DNA of 64,000 nucleotides from Gammaproteobacteria bacterium (GTDB lineage Bacteria; Pseudomonadota; Gammaproteobacteria; JAJFJF01): NCBI GenBank assembly GCA_021774255.1, contig JAJFJF010000009.1, positions 1,658 to 65,657 of the forward strand, read 5' to 3'. Shown piece by piece: positions 61,391 to 64,000 of this stretch (position 1 is its first letter; each line of letters starts with the position of its first letter). The notes under the pieces were generated by a model. It saw only the letters and a program-made list of their open reading frames with translations, ran no database searches and was not told where the DNA came from. The position numbers and the translations under genes were made by a program.

Positions 61391-64000
61391 ATGGTTGCTC
61401 AAATCAGCTTTTTTGCTGTGTGGGTACTAATGCTAACGCTAGCCGGTGGCGTCGTCTTGGCTCAAGATCTTGCCGGGCGCTTCTTGCCCTTTCAAACGCT
61501 GCCTGGTGTCGAGTTTACGAGCGGAGGAGAGCACTTCAACATTAACGGAACTGACTATCTCGCCATTGCAAACTGGCGTGATGGAGGGACTAACCATGAC
61601 ATTAATTCAGAAATATTGCGTTGGAACGGCACAGTCTTTGAACACGTCCAATTCATTGCAACGCATGCTGCTTTTAAGTGCAGCCCTTTTGTCATTGATG
61701 GTGAGCAGTACATTGTTTTTGCCAACCAAAGAAAAAGTGACTTAGATTACACGATAAACTCTGAAGTCTTTCACTGGAACGGAACAAACTTTGTCAGTCA
61801 TCAGCTTATCCCTACCATTGGTGCTTTCGATTGGGAGTTCTTTGTCATAGATGGGATGCCTTATCTTGTTGTAGCAAATGCTGGTGGTACTGGTGACAGC
61901 ACACAAAACTCTGAAGTCTTTCAATGGAGCGGCACTCTATTTGTTAGCATTCAGCTTATCCTAACGCACGGTGCCCATGATTGGGAAGCGTTCTCCATTA
62001 ATGGTACGCACTACCTTGCGGTAGCCAATTATGTAACAAATGGGCTTGATTACACGATAAACTCTGAAGTCTTTCATTGGAACGGAATAAACTTTGTCAG
62101 TCATCAGCTTATCCCTACCATTGGCGCTTATGATTGGGAGTTTTTTGTCATTAAAAGCCAATATTACCTTGCAATCGCAAATGCTTATGATGGCACTAAT
62201 GGACAGCTCTACTCAGAAATCTTCCGTTGGAATGGTGCGAGCTTTATCAGTTTCCAAAAAATTCTTACTGTCAACGCATGTGATCTGGAGTTTTTTGTCA
62301 TCAATGGCATACCTTATCTTGCTATTGTGAATGCATGGGATGGTGCTTCTTATAATCTCTACTCGAACATCTATCGTTGGAATGGAGCCAAATTTGAATT
62401 AACGTATCTACTTCCTACAGATGGGGCCACAGAGTCCGCTTTTTTCATAATTAACCAAACTCACTACCTACTGGTGCTAAATAACAACGTTCCTGAGGTG
62501 TATAGGTTTGCTGAGCCAACACCAATCTCTATTAGTAACTGCACGGAGCTTCAAAATATGAATAACAATCTTGCAGGGAGCTATGAATTGCTTGCTGATG
62601 TCGATTGCTTTGAGACGGTTAACTGGCACGCGGGTGAAGGCTTTGAGCCGATTGGCATGGTTGGCGCAGCTTTTACTGGGACGTTTAATGGACGAGATTA
62701 CATTATTGCTAACTTAACCATTAACCGGCCAGCAGAATATCGAGTGGGAATGTTTGGTCTCACAAGCGGCTTTGCCCGCATTATGAATGTCAGATTGAAG
62801 CAGTTAAGCGTAATAGGGGGGGCATTTTACACTGCAGGGGTTGCAGCGGATGCCATTGATACTCAGATCATGACCAGCTATGTGACGGGCGTCGTCTCAG
62901 GCGGTGACTATGTGGGAAGCATTGTGGGCATTGGGCGAAGCGCGCTTGTCACGGGCTGCTTTTACGAGGGTGCTTTAACCGCTAGCTCATCTGTTCAAGG
63001 TACAGGAGGCTTGGCGGGTGTTTTTGTTCAACATAGCCATGTAGAGCGTAGCTATGCGTTAGGCAGTGTGAGCGTTACAGGAAATAGGGGAGGAGGCTTA
63101 ATTGGCCGTTTGGGTTCAGGCAGTGGTGGCCTTGGAAAAGTGTTTGATTGCTACGCACAAAGCAGTGTCACGGGTGCTAGTTGGGTTGGAGGGTTGATCG
63201 GAGAAATCCTAAATGCAGATTCTTTCGTAGACAATGTCTATAGCACTGGGGTGGTATCAGGAAGCAGCAATCTCGGTGGGTTGATTGGCCTCAACCCAGA
63301 CAGCGCTACAGTGACGCAAAGCCATTGGGATACCCAAACTTCGGGCCGTAGTAGCAGTGCAGGCGGTATAGGTGGCGTAACTTCTACCAAACAACAACAA
63401 ACAACGTATTCCGGTTGGGATTTCATCGATACCTGGTGGATTGAAGAAGGCAGTGATTACCCAATACTGCGCACCAACTCGCCGCCAGTTTTAAGCCAAA
63501 CGCTTATCGATCAGATTATTCCCAGTGGTACTGATTATGCTTTCACTGTACCGGGAACAACTTTTGAAGATCTATCTGAGCAGGGATTAACATACACCGC
63601 TATGCTTGCAGGCAGCATGCCGTTGCCAGCGTGGCTGACTTTTTTCCCGAATAACCACACTTTCACTGGCTTTCCAGAAAACAGTGATGCGGGCGACTAC
63701 GGTGTTCGTATCACTGCCTGCAATCGTCATCGTCTTTGCACCACAGATGAATTTATATTGCGCGTGCGTGATATTACCTTCATCAGTAACTGTACCTCGC
63801 TGCAAGCGATGCAAACGGACCTGTTTGGTGCCTACCAGCTTACGAATGACATTGATTGCAGTGATACTGTGAACTGGAATAGTGGAGCGGGTTTTGTGCC
63901 GGTTGGAACAGATGGCGCAAGATTTGTTGGTCTTTTTGATGGGGAAGGTTATAACATTACAGGCTTGTTTATTTCTCGAGGTGGCACAAATGGTGTTGGC
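61391..64000 (+). CDS. Large secreted surface protein (3' partial): signal peptide, seven EAR/EPTP-like propeller repeats, GLUG module, cadherin-like domain, second GLUG module
   Basis: My own translation from the ATG at 61391 stays open for 870 codons to the window edge, so it is absent from the ORF track. It has seven ~50-aa repeats (..YLAIAN..NSEVFHWNGTNFVSHQLIPTIGA.DWEFF.I.G..), GGLIG motifs, and LPAWLTFFPNNHTFTGFPENSDAGDY. Confidence 0.75.
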   Translation, partial: MVAQISFFAVWVLMLTLAGGVVLAQDLAGRFLPFQTLPGVEFTSGGEHFNINGTDYLAIANWRDGGTNHDINSEILRWNGTVFEHVQFIATHAAFKCSPFVIDGEQYIVFANQRKSDLDYTINSEVFHWNGTNFVSHQLIPTIGAFDWEFFVIDGMPYLVVANAGGTGDSTQNSEVFQWSGTLFVSIQLILTHGAHDWEAFSINGTHYLAVANYVTNGLDYTINSEVFHWNGINFVSHQLIPTIGAYDWEFFVIKSQYYLAIANAYDGTNGQLYSEIFRWNGASFISFQKILTVNACDLEFFVINGIPYLAIVNAWDGASYNLYSNIYRWNGAKFELTYLLPTDGATESAFFIINQTHYLLVLNNNVPEVYRFAEPTPISISNCTELQNMNNNLAGSYELLADVDCFETVNWHAGEGFEPIGMVGAAFTGTFNGRDYIIANLTINRPAEYRVGMFGLTSGFARIMNVRLKQLSVIGGAFYTAGVAADAIDTQIMTSYVTGVVSGGDYVGSIVGIGRSALVTGCFYEGALTASSSVQGTGGLAGVFVQHSHVERSYALGSVSVTGNRGGGLIGRLGSGSGGLGKVFDCYAQSSVTGASWVGGLIGEILNADSFVDNVYSTGVVSGSSNLGGLIGLNPDSATVTQSHWDTQTSGRSSSAGGIGGVTSTKQQQTTYSGWDFIDTWWIEEGSDYPILRTNSPPVLSQTLIDQIIPSGTDYAFTVPGTTFEDLSEQGLTYTAMLAGSMPLPAWLTFFPNNHTFTGFPENSDAGDYGVRITACNRHRLCTTDEFILRVRDITFISNCTSLQAMQTDLFGAYQLTNDIDCSDTVNWNSGAGFVPVGTDGARFVGLFDGEGYNITGLFISRGGTNGVG

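Overview
Bacterial chromosome segment, gammaproteobacterial. The EF-Tu, RNAP and r-protein sequences look Legionellales-like and the many eukaryote-like genes suggest a protist-associated lifestyle; both points are my inference, not a search result. About 15.7-46.1 kb is the conserved translation/transcription super-cluster: tRNA-Tyr/Gly/Thr - tuf - tRNA-Trp - secE - nusG - rplKAJL - rpoBC - rpsLG - fusA - S10 - spc - alpha operons, with no second tuf after fusA. Other housekeeping genes are an RRM RNA-binding protein, rhlE, folE2, queD, ispA, xseB, a CPA2 antiporter, uvrA, a type II glutamine synthetase and trmJ. Between these lie accessory patches. (1) 0-6.4 kb holds a GLUG surface protein, an IS30 relic, a decayed ATPase gene, an FAD monooxygenase and a GC-rich RING-finger protein with an N-myristoylation-type N-terminus. 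(2) 11.3-15.5 kb holds a divergent pair of Golgi-type glycan-modifying enzyme look-alikes. (3) A small AT-rich ORF sits between rpsM and rpsK. (4) 46.15-50.66 kb is the most unusual structure. Three tandem cassettes fill the rplQ/antiporter intergenic space. Each has a conserved promoter-like module, a C/A-rich leader without a Shine-Dalgarno, an unrelated GC3-rich ORF, and a conserved A-rich trailer ending in a hairpin plus T-run. (5) 52.5-55.4 kb holds an OM beta-barrel protein and a beta-helix protein. (6) 60.5-64 kb holds an iteron-like repeat array, an IS30 3' fragment, a displaced trmJ 3' end, and a large EAR/EPTP-like propeller + GLUG + cadherin-like surface protein that runs off the window. 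The promoter-like module of the cassettes recurs upstream of the RING gene, the sulfotransferase-like gene and the propeller/GLUG gene, which suggests a shared regulon. No rRNA, CRISPR array or intact transposase was seen.
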